Positions 21,494 to 32,626 of a stretch of 64,000 nt of DNA are shown piece after piece; the first letter of the stretch is position 1; every line of letters starts with the position of its first letter. The DNA is from Armatimonadota bacterium. Its GTDB lineage: Bacteria; Armatimonadota; UBA5829; DSUL01. Under the pieces are notes generated by a model. The model was not told the DNA's origin and did no database searches. It saw nothing but the letters and a program-made list of their open reading frames with translations. The stretch spans positions 1 through 64,000 of the forward strand of contig JBDHZC010000008.1 of NCBI GenBank assembly GCA_039811685.1, in the 5' to 3' direction. A program made the translations under genes and the position numbers.

Positions 21494-21926
21494 ACAGCAG
21501 TTCGGGTTCGCCTCATACCTCCGACACCGCCGTCGGACAGGCTACAGATATCCATCAGCCCCTCATTGTTGTGGATATGTCGCCATCATCGTAGATGCCA
21601 GAGTCACTTGTCAGACTGCCCCTTGTGGCACTGACGCAGGTCGAATTGCGCACCATCGACCTGACATGCCTGACTGTGGTGGCCGGTTTCCGCCGGCCTC
21701 CCGTAACCGGTAACCAGAACGTGGCCAGTCAGATCTGTTGTCCTCACAACATGCCGGCTTTGTCAGCAGGACATGTCGAACAGACATGCCGGTCACCTTT
21801 CCACGCGTGGACGCTCACAAACACCGTGCTGGTCAGGCGCACTGCCGCCTGCACGACTGTCCTCTTCAACCCGGACGGCACGTTGAGCGCCTCCACTCCG
21901 CACCCAACCAACCGCGAATAACACCT

Positions 21927-24900
21927 ATGAGCATCCGATCATTTCCACCAAAACAGGGACTTTACGACCCGGTATTTGAAAAAGACAGTTGTGGCTTCGG
22001 CTTTGTCGTCAACATCAAAGGCAACAAGTCGCACGAAATCATTGAGCAGGCGCTAACGGTGCTGGTTCATCTGATGCATCGCGGGGCCAGCGGGTCCGAG
22101 ACAAACACGGGAGATGGGTCCGGCATACTGATTCAGATTCCGCATGCCTTTCTAAAGCTCAAAGCGCAAGAACTCGGCTTTGATCTCCCGGATCCGCAGC
22201 AATACGGCGTGGGCACGGTCTTTATGGACCCCGAACATGCTCAGCGCCAGATCGACCAGAGCCTCTTTGAGCGCATTGTGGCAGAAGAAGGTCAGAACGT
22301 GCTGGGATGGCGGGACGTCCCAACCAACCACAACAGCCTGGGCCCTACGGCGAGGGCAAGTGAGCCCTGTATACGTCAAGTGTTCATCGGGCGTGGGCAC
22401 AACGCCGAAACCGACATGGATTTTGAGCGCAAGCTCTACGTGATCCGCCGCCGAGCGGAGAAGAGTATTCGCTACGACAGCGCTGATGCGGACTCTCACT
22501 TCTACATCTCCAGCCTCTCCTGTCGCACGATGATCTACAAAGGGATGCTTACGTCAGAGCAGGTACAGCCGTTCTATCTGGATCTGTACGACCCGTCCAT
22601 GGAAACGGCTCTGGCACTTGTGCATTCGCGCTTCAGCACCAATACCTTTCCAAGTTGGGATCGCGCGCACCCCTATCGCTATCTAGCGCACAACGGCGAG
22701 ATCAACACCCTGCGAGGGAACGTAAACTGGATGCACGCGCGCCAGGCGTTGTGTGAGTCCGGAGTTCTCGGTGAGGACATTGAGAAGATCATGCCGGTAA
22801 TCAACCAGGACGGCAGTGATTCGGCGATGTTCGACAACGTACTGGAGTTCCTGCACCTGATGGGACGGCCTCTCCCACTGGCCGTTATGATGATGATTCC
22901 GGAGCCCTGGGCCCGCCACCAGAGCATGAGTGACGAGAAGAAGGCCTTTTACGAGTTCCACGGGTGTCTGATGGAACCCTGGGACGGCCCAGCGTCCATC
23001 GCCTTTACAGATGGAGTTCAGATTGGAGCTGTGCTGGACCGCAACGGGCTGCGTCCGTCTCGCTACTACGTCACGAAGGACGACCTGGTGATAATGGCTT
23101 CAGAGGTGGGTGTTATAGACGTCCCTCCGGAGCGAGTGCTCTTCAAAGGACGGCTTCAACCCGGACGTATGTTTCTGGTGGACACTTCTGCTGGCCGCAT
23201 CGTCTCGGACGAAGAAGTCAAGGACAGATACGCACAGGAAAAGCCCTACCGGCAGTGGCTGACTGAGAACATGGCACATCTGTCGGACCTGCTGGAGCCT
23301 TCAACAACACCTGAGCCAGATCACAAGACTGTTCGCCGGCTCCAGCAGGCCTTCGGCTACACATTCGAGGACACCAGACTGATTATGGCGCCGATGGCGC
23401 GCGACGGAGTGGAGCCTATCGGCTCAATGGGCACGGATACCCCGCTGGCGGCGCTGTCCAACCGCCCGCAGCTTCTCTACAACTACTTCAAACAGCTCTT
23501 CGCGCAGGTGACAAACCCTCCAATTGACGCCATCCGGGAAGAGGTGGTAACTTCAACGCTGACCACCATTGGCGCGGAAGCCAATCTGCTGAACCCACAA
23601 CCCGAGAGCTGCCGCCACATCCGTCTTCAAAGCCCGATTCTTACGAATGATGAGCTGTCCGCGCTGGAACGCCTCGACAGACCCGGATTCAAAACGGTGA
23701 AGCTCTCTATTCTTTACCCCTTTGCCCAGGGAAGTCCAGCGCTGGAAGCGTCACTGGAGGCTTTATACACACAGGCGGACGCTGCGATCGCTGACGGAGC
23801 GACAATTCTGATTCTGTCCGACCGGGATATTACCAGCGATTACGCCGCGATTCCCGCGCTGCTGGCCATCTCGGGACTGCACCACCATCTCATCCGTCAG
23901 GGCACTCGGACACGTGTGGGGCTGGTGTTGGAGTCAGCGGAGCCTCGCGAAGTCCACCATTTTGCGCTTCTGATAGGCTACGGCTGTGGAGCGGTAAATC
24001 CCTACCTGGCCTTTGAGACGCTAGATGACCTGATTCGTGAAGGCTTCCTGACGGATATAGACCACCAGACCGCTGTCAAGAACTACACGAAAGCTCTGCT
24101 TAAGGGGATTGTCAAAACTCAGTCAAAGATGGGTATTTCCACCATCCAGAGTTACCGCGGCGCCCAGATATTTGAGGCTGTGGGGTTGAACAAGAGTGTT
24201 GTTGACCGGTACTTCACGTGGACAGCAAGCCGCATCGAAGGCGTCGGCATAGATGTCATTGCCGAGGAGGTAGCCAGGCGGCACAGACAAGCCTTTTCTG
24301 ACCGCCCGGTCAACGATAGCGCTCTGGAATCCGCAGGCCAGTACCAGTGGAGAAGGGATGGCGAGTTTCATCTGTTCAACCCGGAAACGGTGCACAAGCT
24401 CCAGCACGCGGTGCGCTCCGGCAACTACGATCTCTTCAAAGAGTATTCGCGCGCTGTCAACGAACAGTCCGAACACTACTGCACTCTGAGGGGACTGTTT
24501 GAGCTCAAGCCCGCAGATACATCTGTGCCCATTGACGAAGTAGAGCCCATCGCGGAGATTGTCAAACGCTTCAAGACTGGCGCAATGTCCTACGGATCGA
24601 TCAGTCAGGAGGCGCACGAGGCGCTGGCCGTAGCGATGAACCGTCTGGGTGGCAAAAGCAACACGGGCGAGGGCGGTGAAGATCCGTCTCGCTATACGCC
24701 AGGGGCGAACGGGGACTCCAGGAACAGCGCTATCAAGCAGGTGGCTTCCGGCCGCTTTGGTGTCACCAGCCAGTACCTCGTGAGTGCGACTGAGCTTCAG
24801 ATCAAGATGGCGCAGGGCGCAAAACCCGGAGAGGGCGGGCAGCTTCCTGGCGCCAAGGCCTATCCGTGGATTGCCAAGGTCAGGCTGTCCACTCCCGGAG

Positions 24901-26525
24901 TCGGACTGATTTCCCCTCCCCCACACCACGACATCTATTCGATTGAGGATCTTGCTCAGCTCATCTACGACTTGAAGAATGCCAACCCAACCGCGCGAGT
25001 GAGCGTCAAGCTTGTCTCCGAGGTGGGCGTTGGGACTATCGCGGCGGGCGTGGCAAAGGCACACGCTGATGTTGTGCTCATCAGCGGGCATGACGGCGGT
25101 ACCGGCGCGGCCCCGCTCACAAGCATCAAGCACGTGGGTCTTCCGTGGGAGCTTGGGTTAGCGGAGACACATCAGACATTGCTTCTGAACGACCTGCGAA
25201 GCCGGATCGCGGTTGAGACGGACGGGCAACTCAAGACGGGGCGCGATGTCGTAATCGCTGCATTGCTGGGCGCGGAAGAGTTCGGGTTTGCCACCTCCCC
25301 GCTTGTTGCTCTGGGCTGCGTGATGATGCGGGTTTGCCACCTCAATACCTGTCCGGTTGGCGTTGCCACACAGGATCCAGAACTCCGCAAGAAGTTCACT
25401 GGAGAGCCGGAGCACGTGGTCAACTTCATGCTCTTCATCGCCACAGAAATGCGCGAGATAATGGCTCAACTCGGCTTTCGCACCGTCCAGGAGATGATCG
25501 GCCGGACCGACAGGATTGAGTCTTCCCGCGCTATCGAGCACTGGAAGGCACAGGGACTGGACCTCTCTCCGATTCTGTATCAGCCGGACGTGCCGGAAAC
25601 TGTCGGCCGTTACAAGCAGATTGATCAGAAGCACAATCTGGATGAGACTCTGGACAAGACGGTGCTCCTGGATATCTGCGAGCGCGCTCTTGACCGGAAA
25701 GAAAAGGTGTCTGCTGAGCTGAAAATCCGGAATGTCAATCGCGCTGTTGGCACGATGCTCGGCAGCGAAGTAACTCGCCGTTACGGAGCCGAAGGACTGC
25801 CGGAGGACACGATTCATCTCAAGTTCAAAGGGTCTGCCGGTCAGAGTTTCGGCGCATTTGCGCCAAAGGGCCTAACACTGGAGCTGGAAGGAGACGCGAA
25901 CGATTACGTCGGCAAAGGGCTTTCCGGCGCACGCATCGTTGTCTATCCTCCACCAGCATCAACTTTTGAGGCTCAAGACAACATTATCGTGGGCAACGTC
26001 GGGCTCTACGGAGCGACCAGTGGCGAGGCCTACATTCGCGGGATGGCGGGGGAGCGCTTCTGTGTGCGCAACAGCGGAGTCCACGCGGTGGTTGAGGCCA
26101 TTGGTGACCACGGTTGCGAATACATGACCGGTGGCCGTGTAGTTATCCTCGGCAAGACTGGGCGCAACTTCGCGGCAGGCATGTCTGGCGGTATCGCCTA
26201 CGTTCTGGATACCGACGGCAGCTTCCCCTCACGCTGCAATCAGGACATGGTAAGCCTGCAGCATCTTGAGGACACAGAAGAGATAGCCGAGGTGCGTGAA
26301 CTGATTGAGCGGCATGCGCGCTTGACAGGCAGCAGGCTGGCCGCGGATATTCTGAGCCGCTGGGAAGAGACAGCCGGGCGCTTTGTAAAAGTGCTGCCGC
26401 GGGATTTGGAGCGCGTTCTCAACACGCTCAATCGAGTCCAGGAGTCTGGACTGAGTGGGGATGAGGCCATAATGGCAGCTTTTGAAGAGAACGCGCGGGA
26501 TCTGTCCCGAGTGGGCGGGAACTGA
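21927..26525 (+). CDS. gltB: Glutamate synthase large subunit
   Basis: GLYDP...DSCGFGF (Ntn Cys), [40 protein letters not shown] 3Fe-4S motif. Start set to ATG 21927 ([15 protein letters not shown]). Confidence 0.97.
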   Translation: MSIRSFPPKQGLYDPVFEKDSCGFGFVVNIKGNKSHEIIEQALTVLVHLMHRGASGSETNTGDGSGILIQIPHAFLKLKAQELGFDLPDPQQYGVGTVFMDPEHAQRQIDQSLFERIVAEEGQNVLGWRDVPTNHNSLGPTARASEPCIRQVFIGRGHNAETDMDFERKLYVIRRRAEKSIRYDSADADSHFYISSLSCRTMIYKGMLTSEQVQPFYLDLYDPSMETALALVHSRFSTNTFPSWDRAHPYRYLAHNGEINTLRGNVNWMHARQALCESGVLGEDIEKIMPVINQDGSDSAMFDNVLEFLHLMGRPLPLAVMMMIPEPWARHQSMSDEKKAFYEFHGCLMEPWDGPASIAFTDGVQIGAVLDRNGLRPSRYYVTKDDLVIMASEVGVIDVPPERVLFKGRLQPGRMFLVDTSAGRIVSDEEVKDRYAQEKPYRQWLTENMAHLSDLLEPSTTPEPDHKTVRRLQQAFGYTFEDTRLIMAPMARDGVEPIGSMGTDTPLAALSNRPQLLYNYFKQLFAQVTNPPIDAIREEVVTSTLTTIGAEANLLNPQPESCRHIRLQSPILTNDELSALERLDRPGFKTVKLSILYPFAQGSPALEASLEALYTQADAAIADGATILILSDRDITSDYAAIPALLAISGLHHHLIRQGTRTRVGLVLESAEPREVHHFALLIGYGCGAVNPYLAFETLDDLIREGFLTDIDHQTAVKNYTKALLKGIVKTQSKMGISTIQSYRGAQIFEAVGLNKSVVDRYFTWTASRIEGVGIDVIAEEVARRHRQAFSDRPVNDSALESAGQYQWRRDGEFHLFNPETVHKLQHAVRSGNYDLFKEYSRAVNEQSEHYCTLRGLFELKPADTSVPIDEVEPIAEIVKRFKTGAMSYGSISQEAHEALAVAMNRLGGKSNTGEGGEDPSRYTPGANGDSRNSAIKQVASGRFGVTSQYLVSATELQIKMAQGAKPGEGGQLPGAKAYPWIAKVRLSTPGVGLISPPPHHDIYSIEDLAQLIYDLKNANPTARVSVKLVSEVGVGTIAAGVAKAHADVVLISGHDGGTGAAPLTSIKHVGLPWELGLAETHQTLLLNDLRSRIAVETDGQLKTGRDVVIAALLGAEEFGFATSPLVALGCVMMRVCHLNTCPVGVATQDPELRKKFTGEPEHVVNFMLFIATEMREIMAQLGFRTVQEMIGRTDRIESSRAIEHWKAQGLDLSPILYQPDVPETVGRYKQIDQKHNLDETLDKTVLLDICERALDRKEKVSAELKIRNVNRAVGTMLGSEVTRRYGAEGLPEDTIHLKFKGSAGQSFGAFAPKGLTLELEGDANDYVGKGLSGARIVVYPPPASTFEAQDNIIVGNVGLYGATSGEAYIRGMAGERFCVRNSGVHAVVEAIGDHGCEYMTGGRVVILGKTGRNFAAGMSGGIAYVLDTDGSFPSRCNQDMVSLQHLEDTEEIAEVRELIERHARLTGSRLAADILSRWEETAGRFVKVLPRDLERVLNTLNRVQESGLSGDEAIMAAFEENARDLSRVGGN

Positions 26526-26546
26526 AGAGGCTTAAGGAGTAGAGTC

Positions 26547-28031
26547 TTGGGAAAACCAACAGGATTCAAAGAGTATGACCGTGAGCTCCCTCCTGACCGG
26601 CCGGGAGAAGAGCGTGTCGGCGACTGGCTGGAGTTCCACGAGCACATGCCTGACGAAATGTTGCGCCGGCAGGGGGCGCGGTGCATGGACTGCGGCATTC
26701 CGTTCTGTCACAACGGAACGGTGATAGCTGGCATGGCAAGCGGATGCCCTGTGAGAAACCTCATTCCCGAGTGGAACGACCTGGTTTACAGAGGGTTGTG
26801 GCGCGAAGCGCTTGAGCGCTTACTGCATACGAACAACTTTCCGGAGTTTACAGGCCGCGTCTGCCCGGCGCCGTGCGAAGGCTCGTGTGTTCTGGGCATC
26901 AGTGAGCCGCCTGTGACGATTAAGAGCATTGAACAGGCGATCATCGACAAGGGTTTTGAGAACGGCTGGATGACACCGCAGACTCCGGAGAGGCGTACGG
27001 GCAAGAAAGTGGCGGTTGTCGGATCCGGGCCAGCAGGACTTGCTGCGGCGGCCGAGCTGAACAAGGCGGGACATCTGGTGACGGTCTTTGAGCGTGATGA
27101 CCGTATCGGAGGGTTGCTGATGTATGGCATCCCCAACCCGAAGCTCGATAAGAGTGTCGTTTTGAGGCGCGTGAAGCTGTTGGAAGAAGAAGGCGTCGTT
27201 TTTGTCACCAACACTGAAATCGGCAGGGACTACTCAGGGAAAAAGCTTATGAAGAGCTTTGACGCGATTGTACTGTGCGGTGGTGCGACAAAACCTCGTG
27301 ACCTGCCGGTCGAAGGACGAGAACTCAACGGTATCCATTTCGCGATGCGCTTTCTCCGAAACAACACCAAATCGCTGCTGGACCAGGAAGAATGCGAAGG
27401 CTTCCTCACCGCAAAAGGCAAGCGCGTCATCGTTATCGGAGGCGGAGACACTGGAACGGACTGTGTCGCCACCTCGATGCGCCACGGTTGTGAAAGCCTG
27501 CGCCAGCTCGAGATCATGCCGCGCCCGCCCGCAGAGCGCTCCTCAGACAACCCGTGGCCACAGTGGCCAAAGATATTCCGGCTGGACTACGGGCAGGAAG
27601 AAGCCAGGACAGTCTTTGGAGATGATCCGCGCTCCTATCTGGTATCTGTCAAGCGCTTTATCGGCGATGACAACGGCCATGTGAAAGCAGTTGAGCTGGT
27701 GGATATTGAGTGGTCAAAGGATGACAACGGCCGTCTTTCACCCGCTCCGGTGAAGGGTTCAGAGCGCACGCTGCCAGCGGACATCGTCCTGCTCGCAATG
27801 GGCTTTCTGGGGCCGGAGGAGACGGTTCTGAAGGACCTGGGCGTGGAGCAGGATGAGCGTTCTAACGCAAAGGCTGTTTACGGGGAGTACGCGACGAACA
27901 TTCCCGGAGTGTTTGCGGCAGGAGACATGCGACGCGGCCAGAGTCTGGTAGTGTGGGCGATTCACGAAGGGCGCGGCGCAGCGCGAGAAGCGGATCGCTA
28001 CCTGATGGGTGAGACGAGCTTGCCGGGCTAG
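26547..28031 (+). CDS. gltD: Glutamate synthase small subunit
   Basis: [52 protein letters not shown] start with AAGGAG SD. Confidence 0.97.
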   Translation: MGKPTGFKEYDRELPPDRPGEERVGDWLEFHEHMPDEMLRRQGARCMDCGIPFCHNGTVIAGMASGCPVRNLIPEWNDLVYRGLWREALERLLHTNNFPEFTGRVCPAPCEGSCVLGISEPPVTIKSIEQAIIDKGFENGWMTPQTPERRTGKKVAVVGSGPAGLAAAAELNKAGHLVTVFERDDRIGGLLMYGIPNPKLDKSVVLRRVKLLEEEGVVFVTNTEIGRDYSGKKLMKSFDAIVLCGGATKPRDLPVEGRELNGIHFAMRFLRNNTKSLLDQEECEGFLTAKGKRVIVIGGGDTGTDCVATSMRHGCESLRQLEIMPRPPAERSSDNPWPQWPKIFRLDYGQEEARTVFGDDPRSYLVSVKRFIGDDNGHVKAVELVDIEWSKDDNGRLSPAPVKGSERTLPADIVLLAMGFLGPEETVLKDLGVEQDERSNAKAVYGEYATNIPGVFAAGDMRRGQSLVVWAIHEGRGAAREADRYLMGETSLPG

Positions 28032-28172
28032 CAATCCGGAGTTCCCGGCAAAGCAGCACTCTTCGTGAGCCGGCGCAAGGGTGGGACTGACCAACCCGTG
28101 GGGCGAGGCAAACGTCTGATGGAAGTCTAACACGTTGCAGGCAGGAACACGCCCGGCAACGCGCGTTTTCAC

Positions 28173-29279
28173 TCAGACCGGCACGGCGTCTCCCAGTGGC
28201 GCCCCGTAGCGTCTGAGGCAATCAATAGCTTTCTCTTCGCAAGGCTCCCATCCCAGAAGAATAATGCCTTCGGCTGTGCCAATCTGCTCCACAACCGCAT
28301 CCAGAATATCGACGTCCCCGAACAACTGGATGAGTTTGCCAGCTTTGTGAATCTTCCTGTAAACCTCCGGCCAGTGCCGCCAGTCTGGCGCACCCTCTCC
28401 CGGCACCCACTGTATCCCCTTTAGCTCCGGGATGCTGAGCAGCGAATCGAGATGGGCAAGTTGTCCAGGGCCATCCAGGTGATAGAAGGCATTCGGCAAC
28501 TTGCGGCACGAGGCCTGAAGCTCCGGCAGGACGAACTCATCGAACATTGTGGGGCCGATCATGTAACAGAAATCGCACTGGAGCATGTAGAAAGGCTCGT
28601 TTGAAAACAGTGATGCCCAGGCGCTGTAACCAGGATTGCACCCCGGTTGCCCCGGGCGAAGAATCGCGTTGAACTCCTCCCAGTACCGCCACCAGGCGGC
28701 GTGCCCCTGCCAGTTTACGCGCTTCACGTCCTCCGGATGATCAATGAGGTCAAACAGCAAATTCTCACTCGGTCTGAAAGAGGAGAGTACGTCCAAATTC
28801 CCTCCCAGATCTGTCATCGAAATCTGCACCCGCCCTTCAAAGCGGTCTATTGCAGCGCGCTTAACGTCTGCAACGCGCTTGAACCAGACATTCTCGGAGT
28901 CGAACTTGAGTTCCAGTTCACTCAGTGGAACCAGGTCCCTGGCGCTGAACCAGACGGTCTCGACGCCAAGCTCCAGGTTTGCTCCCAGAAAGGCAGCCAC
29001 GACTCCTGGGCCGAAGTTGATGAAGATCGACGGAAATGAATCTCCCAGGAAGCGCTGTTGCGAGAGATGCCAGTCTATGCAGTCGGCGACAACTTCCGCC
29101 GGCACATCCAGATCGTAAAAAGCCTGAAAATGATAGAATGGAAGCGCTGGCTGTGCACGCCCCGGTTCACGATCCGAAAAGCGAAACTGGATGAGGGGGC
29201 GATCCAGATCGTACGCCCACCAGCGGTCTGCGTCATTCTTGACCCGCTCCCAACGTTCATCGTCAAAGGCTATTGACAT
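28173..29279 (-). CDS. Uroporphyrinogen decarboxylase / methylcobamide methyltransferase-like (UroD superfamily) protein
   Basis: LQCDFCYMIGPTMFDEFVLP, YHLDGPG, IQWVPG motifs typical of uncharacterised UroD-fold proteins. Confidence 0.7.
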   Translation of the reverse strand: MSIAFDDERWERVKNDADRWWAYDLDRPLIQFRFSDREPGRAQPALPFYHFQAFYDLDVPAEVVADCIDWHLSQQRFLGDSFPSIFINFGPGVVAAFLGANLELGVETVWFSARDLVPLSELELKFDSENVWFKRVADVKRAAIDRFEGRVQISMTDLGGNLDVLSSFRPSENLLFDLIDHPEDVKRVNWQGHAAWWRYWEEFNAILRPGQPGCNPGYSAWASLFSNEPFYMLQCDFCYMIGPTMFDEFVLPELQASCRKLPNAFYHLDGPGQLAHLDSLLSIPELKGIQWVPGEGAPDWRHWPEVYRKIHKAGKLIQLFGDVDILDAVVEQIGTAEGIILLGWEPCEEKAIDCLRRYGAPLGDAVPV

Positions 29280-29549
29280 CGGCGGTCATCTCCCGAGAGG
29301 CTGCAGACACAAGACAAACAACCCGTGTCTGTCTGCGACAAGGGCCGGAGCGCTGAGATACACACCCAGACGTCCCAGCCAGGATAACAGTGGCCATGGC
29401 CAGAGGCCACAGAGTCAGCTCAACTACGGCCCAATTCATCCGGAGTTCTGCTTCATCACGAAGGACGCGGACGCCTTCCCGTCACAGTTATTATTGTGAG
29501 AAATTGACAGGGCAGCTCCGCTGCGCAGAAGCTGCCAGAAGGAAGTATT

Positions 29550-30920
29550 TTGGCTACCAGAGAATTTCCGCTTATCCCTCAAGATGTGGAGCGCGTTGAG
29601 ACGCGCTACCGGCGCATCGTCACCCCAATCCCCGTGCCGGAGTCGATTCCGACTCTGCAAGAACTGCGGCAGACTGAGCCACGCTCCATGGGTGGGCAGC
29701 CTCCCGTTGTCTGGGATAACGGACAAGGCTCACTCATCCGGGACCCCTACGGCAACCAGTGGATCGATTTCAGCTCCGGCGTACTGGTCACGAGTGTGGG
29801 TCATGCGCATCCGAGAGTCATCAGCGCAATGCGCGATATCCTCACCAAGCACCTTTATCATGCGTACTGCTTTCCGACTGATGTTCGCGCACGGCTAACC
29901 GCGCGAATTTCCTCGCTGCTACCATCGCCGCTATCACGCGTCTTCTTGCTCACCACTGGATCTGAAGCCTGCGAATGCGCAATTAAACTGGCGAAGACAC
30001 GAGGACAGAGGCTGGGCGGCGCAGAGAAGCAGGTAATCGTGTCTTTCGAGAACGGGTTTCACGGGCGAACAATGGGTAGCCAGCTTGCCGGCGGGAGCCC
30101 TGCACTGAAAGCGTGGATTGGTGGCGATCATCCGGACTTCGTTCAGGTTCCGTTCCCGGATGGCTTCCGATGCCCTGACACATCTTTTTCGGTATTTGAA
30201 GAGAGCCTGAAGGCTCAGGGAGTCAATCCGAAAAGTGTCGCTGGTGTCATTGGGGAGACCTATCAGGGCTGCAATGCGAAGGTGATGCCAGCGCATTACG
30301 CGCAAGGTTTGAGACGGTGGTGCGATGAGAATCAGGCCGTATTGATACTCGATGAGGTTCAGGCTGGCTTCGGGCGCACTGGCAGAATGTTCGGCTTTGA
30401 GCACATGGGAGTTGTGCCGGATGTGGCCTGCTTTGGGAAAGGAATATCCGGCGGAATGCCGCTGTCGGCTGTAGCGGGAACGGACGAAATTATGGAGCTG
30501 TACGGACCGGGTGAAATGACTTCAACACACTCCGCAAACCCTGTCTGCGCTGCGGCTGCGCTGGCTAATATCGACGTAATCGTTGAGGAGAGGCTGGGCG
30601 AACACGCCGCCGCGCTTGCCTCGGTTCTGCTGGGCTCCGGTCAGGAGATGATGCAGGCGTCAAACGGGCACATCGGCCGGGCAGACGGTGAAGGGCTTGT
30701 GATGGCGCTTCAGTTTGTCACTCCGGGAACAACACAGCCCGATCCGGATATAGCTTTTGACGTCGTCCAGAAGTGCGTTCAGGCTGGAGTGATGCTTTTC
30801 GCCCCTGTCGGTGTTGGCGGAGGCGCGGTCAAAATCAATCCGCCGCTCAATATCCCGGAGGATGTGCTGAGGGAAGGGTTGAGCGTCGTCGGTGACGTGG
30901 TTGCGCAGCGATGCGCGTAA
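29550..30920 (+). CDS. Class III PLP-dependent aminotransferase (GabT/ArgD-like)
   Basis: TGSEACE, FHGRT, LILDEVQAGFGRTG, FGKGISGG (PLP lysine), STHSANP; TTG start. Confidence 0.9.
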   Translation: MATREFPLIPQDVERVETRYRRIVTPIPVPESIPTLQELRQTEPRSMGGQPPVVWDNGQGSLIRDPYGNQWIDFSSGVLVTSVGHAHPRVISAMRDILTKHLYHAYCFPTDVRARLTARISSLLPSPLSRVFLLTTGSEACECAIKLAKTRGQRLGGAEKQVIVSFENGFHGRTMGSQLAGGSPALKAWIGGDHPDFVQVPFPDGFRCPDTSFSVFEESLKAQGVNPKSVAGVIGETYQGCNAKVMPAHYAQGLRRWCDENQAVLILDEVQAGFGRTGRMFGFEHMGVVPDVACFGKGISGGMPLSAVAGTDEIMELYGPGEMTSTHSANPVCAAAALANIDVIVEERLGEHAAALASVLLGSGQEMMQASNGHIGRADGEGLVMALQFVTPGTTQPDPDIAFDVVQKCVQAGVMLFAPVGVGGGAVKINPPLNIPEDVLREGLSVVGDVVAQRCA

Positions 30921-30923
30921 AGC

Positions 30924-32582
30924 TCAGGCCGCCATTTCCAGCTCGGGGCTGGTGACGTAGCCGATCTCCGCGTCCATTTCGGCATACAGATAGTCGAGGT
31001 CACCCGTTTCGATCAGCGTCTTGATGGTCTCCACCACGGTGGGATCGAAGATACGCCCCGCGCAGCGGTTGAACTCGGCAATCAGCTCTTCCTTTGTCAT
31101 AGGCTCGCGGTAAGGGCGCTTTGAGCGCAGCGCGTCAAACACATCCGCAACTGCCAGAATGCGCAGCAACAGAGGCTGATCTTCGGCGCGCAGGCCATCG
31201 GGATATCCTTTTCCGTCCAATCTCTCGTGGTGATGTCTCACGAGGAAGAGCACTTCCTCAGACAGCCCCAGTGGCCGGCATATCTCTTCACTCATGACTG
31301 GATGCCTGCGCATGATCTCCCACTCTTCGTTAGTGAGCCTGGCAGGCTTTGTCAGAATTGCATCCGGCACGCCAACCTTGCCGATGTCGTGTAGAGGACC
31401 TGCATTGCGCAGCATGTCCACGGCTTCATCTGGCACGTTCATGCGCTCGGCGATGATGCAGGAGAGCTTTGTGACGCGCTCAGAGTGCCCCTGCGTGTAC
31501 TCATCTCTTGCTTCCAGGCTCTTCGCAAGGCTCTGAAGAGTGCGCAGAAAGCTGGTCTGAAGATTGGTGTACAGGCGCAGATTCACAATGCCCACGCTTG
31601 CCAGAACGGACAATGCCAGCACCAGCTCCAGATCAGGATTGTGAAAACTGGCCCCAGGAGCAGCCCAGATTAGCAGCACACCAAGCACTTCACGCTCATT
31701 GGACTTGTGAGACGTCCACACCAGAGGCGCGGCGGCAATTGATACGCCGGTCTGCGTAGCGAGTGTCTCCGCTGATTTTTCGCCGGGCTCTATCAACAAC
31801 TCGCGCCCCGTCGAGCGCACCCACTCTATCGCTCCAGACCGCGCTGTCTGGACGATCTCTTCGTCCCTGGCAGACAGCTTGATGTCTTCGATTATGGCTT
31901 CATCGATCAACTCGCCAGACTCTGGTTCCACAAGCACCAGAGAGCCTCCGCCCGCCGAAGTGCGCTCTACAGCAGTTCTCAGCACCTTTTGTGCCATATC
32001 GTTGATGTCACGCGTGTCACTGAGATAACCCGCGCATTCAAACAGCGCCTGCAGCCGTCCACCCTGGTGGGCAGCGCGCTCATCGTAGGTGCGTCCCTTG
32101 GCCAGATAGACTGAAGCAAGCCCGGCAAGACCGATAGCGCCAGCATGCCACGCGAGGGTGTACAGCGCGCTTCCACTGAAAGCCAAAGGCCCGGCAGCGT
32201 ACATCATAGCCAGCACGTTCGCGACACTCACCAGACCGGTAGCAGTCAGTATCTGCCTGCCACTGCCTGAGCCGTACGCCGTAGAGATCAGAACGAAGAC
32301 GTAGAGGAGATAGCTTTCCGACTCACCTGTGTGCGCCACAAGCACGCTGATCAAAGCCGTGTCGATCAGACGGCAGGTCCACGGCAACCAGCGGCCAGCG
32401 ACAACGAAGAGATCCCGGCGCCTGGTGAGGTGCAGCACGCTCAAGTTGTAGGCGAGACAAAAACCAATGAGCCCTGCCGTGACGGGTGCGGACGGCCAGT
32501 GGTCCACAAGCGCCGCGCCTACGAGAAACGTAAGCCAGCGCAGGTTTGCGACAAGGTGTTCTGCTCGGCGAGTAGCGTCCAC
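30924..32582 (-). CDS. Membrane-anchored GAF + HD-GYP cyclic-dinucleotide phosphodiesterase
   Basis: Multiple N-terminal TM segments and a GAF-like region; ARDEYTQGHSERV, HDIGK, HHERLDGKGYP, ADVFDAL intact; GGAGG SD. Confidence 0.9.
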   Translation of the reverse strand: MDATRRAEHLVANLRWLTFLVGAALVDHWPSAPVTAGLIGFCLAYNLSVLHLTRRRDLFVVAGRWLPWTCRLIDTALISVLVAHTGESESYLLYVFVLISTAYGSGSGRQILTATGLVSVANVLAMMYAAGPLAFSGSALYTLAWHAGAIGLAGLASVYLAKGRTYDERAAHQGGRLQALFECAGYLSDTRDINDMAQKVLRTAVERTSAGGGSLVLVEPESGELIDEAIIEDIKLSARDEEIVQTARSGAIEWVRSTGRELLIEPGEKSAETLATQTGVSIAAAPLVWTSHKSNEREVLGVLLIWAAPGASFHNPDLELVLALSVLASVGIVNLRLYTNLQTSFLRTLQSLAKSLEARDEYTQGHSERVTKLSCIIAERMNVPDEAVDMLRNAGPLHDIGKVGVPDAILTKPARLTNEEWEIMRRHPVMSEEICRPLGLSEEVLFLVRHHHERLDGKGYPDGLRAEDQPLLLRILAVADVFDALRSKRPYREPMTKEELIAEFNRCAGRIFDPTVVETIKTLIETGDLDYLYAEMDAEIGYVTSPELEMAA

Positions 32583-32626
32583 GCGGGGTTTACCTCCGAA
32601 AAATCATTCCACAAAAGCGCCCGGCA

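Noticed and set aside
21738..21926. N-terminal extension of gltB and the overlapping 108-aa ORF (21595-21921)
   Set aside because: No GltB similarity before MSIRSF and no SD; better explained as untranslated leader.
28045..28115. GGCAAAG...GGCGCAAG resembling a c-di-GMP-I riboswitch
   Set aside because: P2 does not pair, there is no GNRA loop/receptor, and it sits between convergent gene ends.
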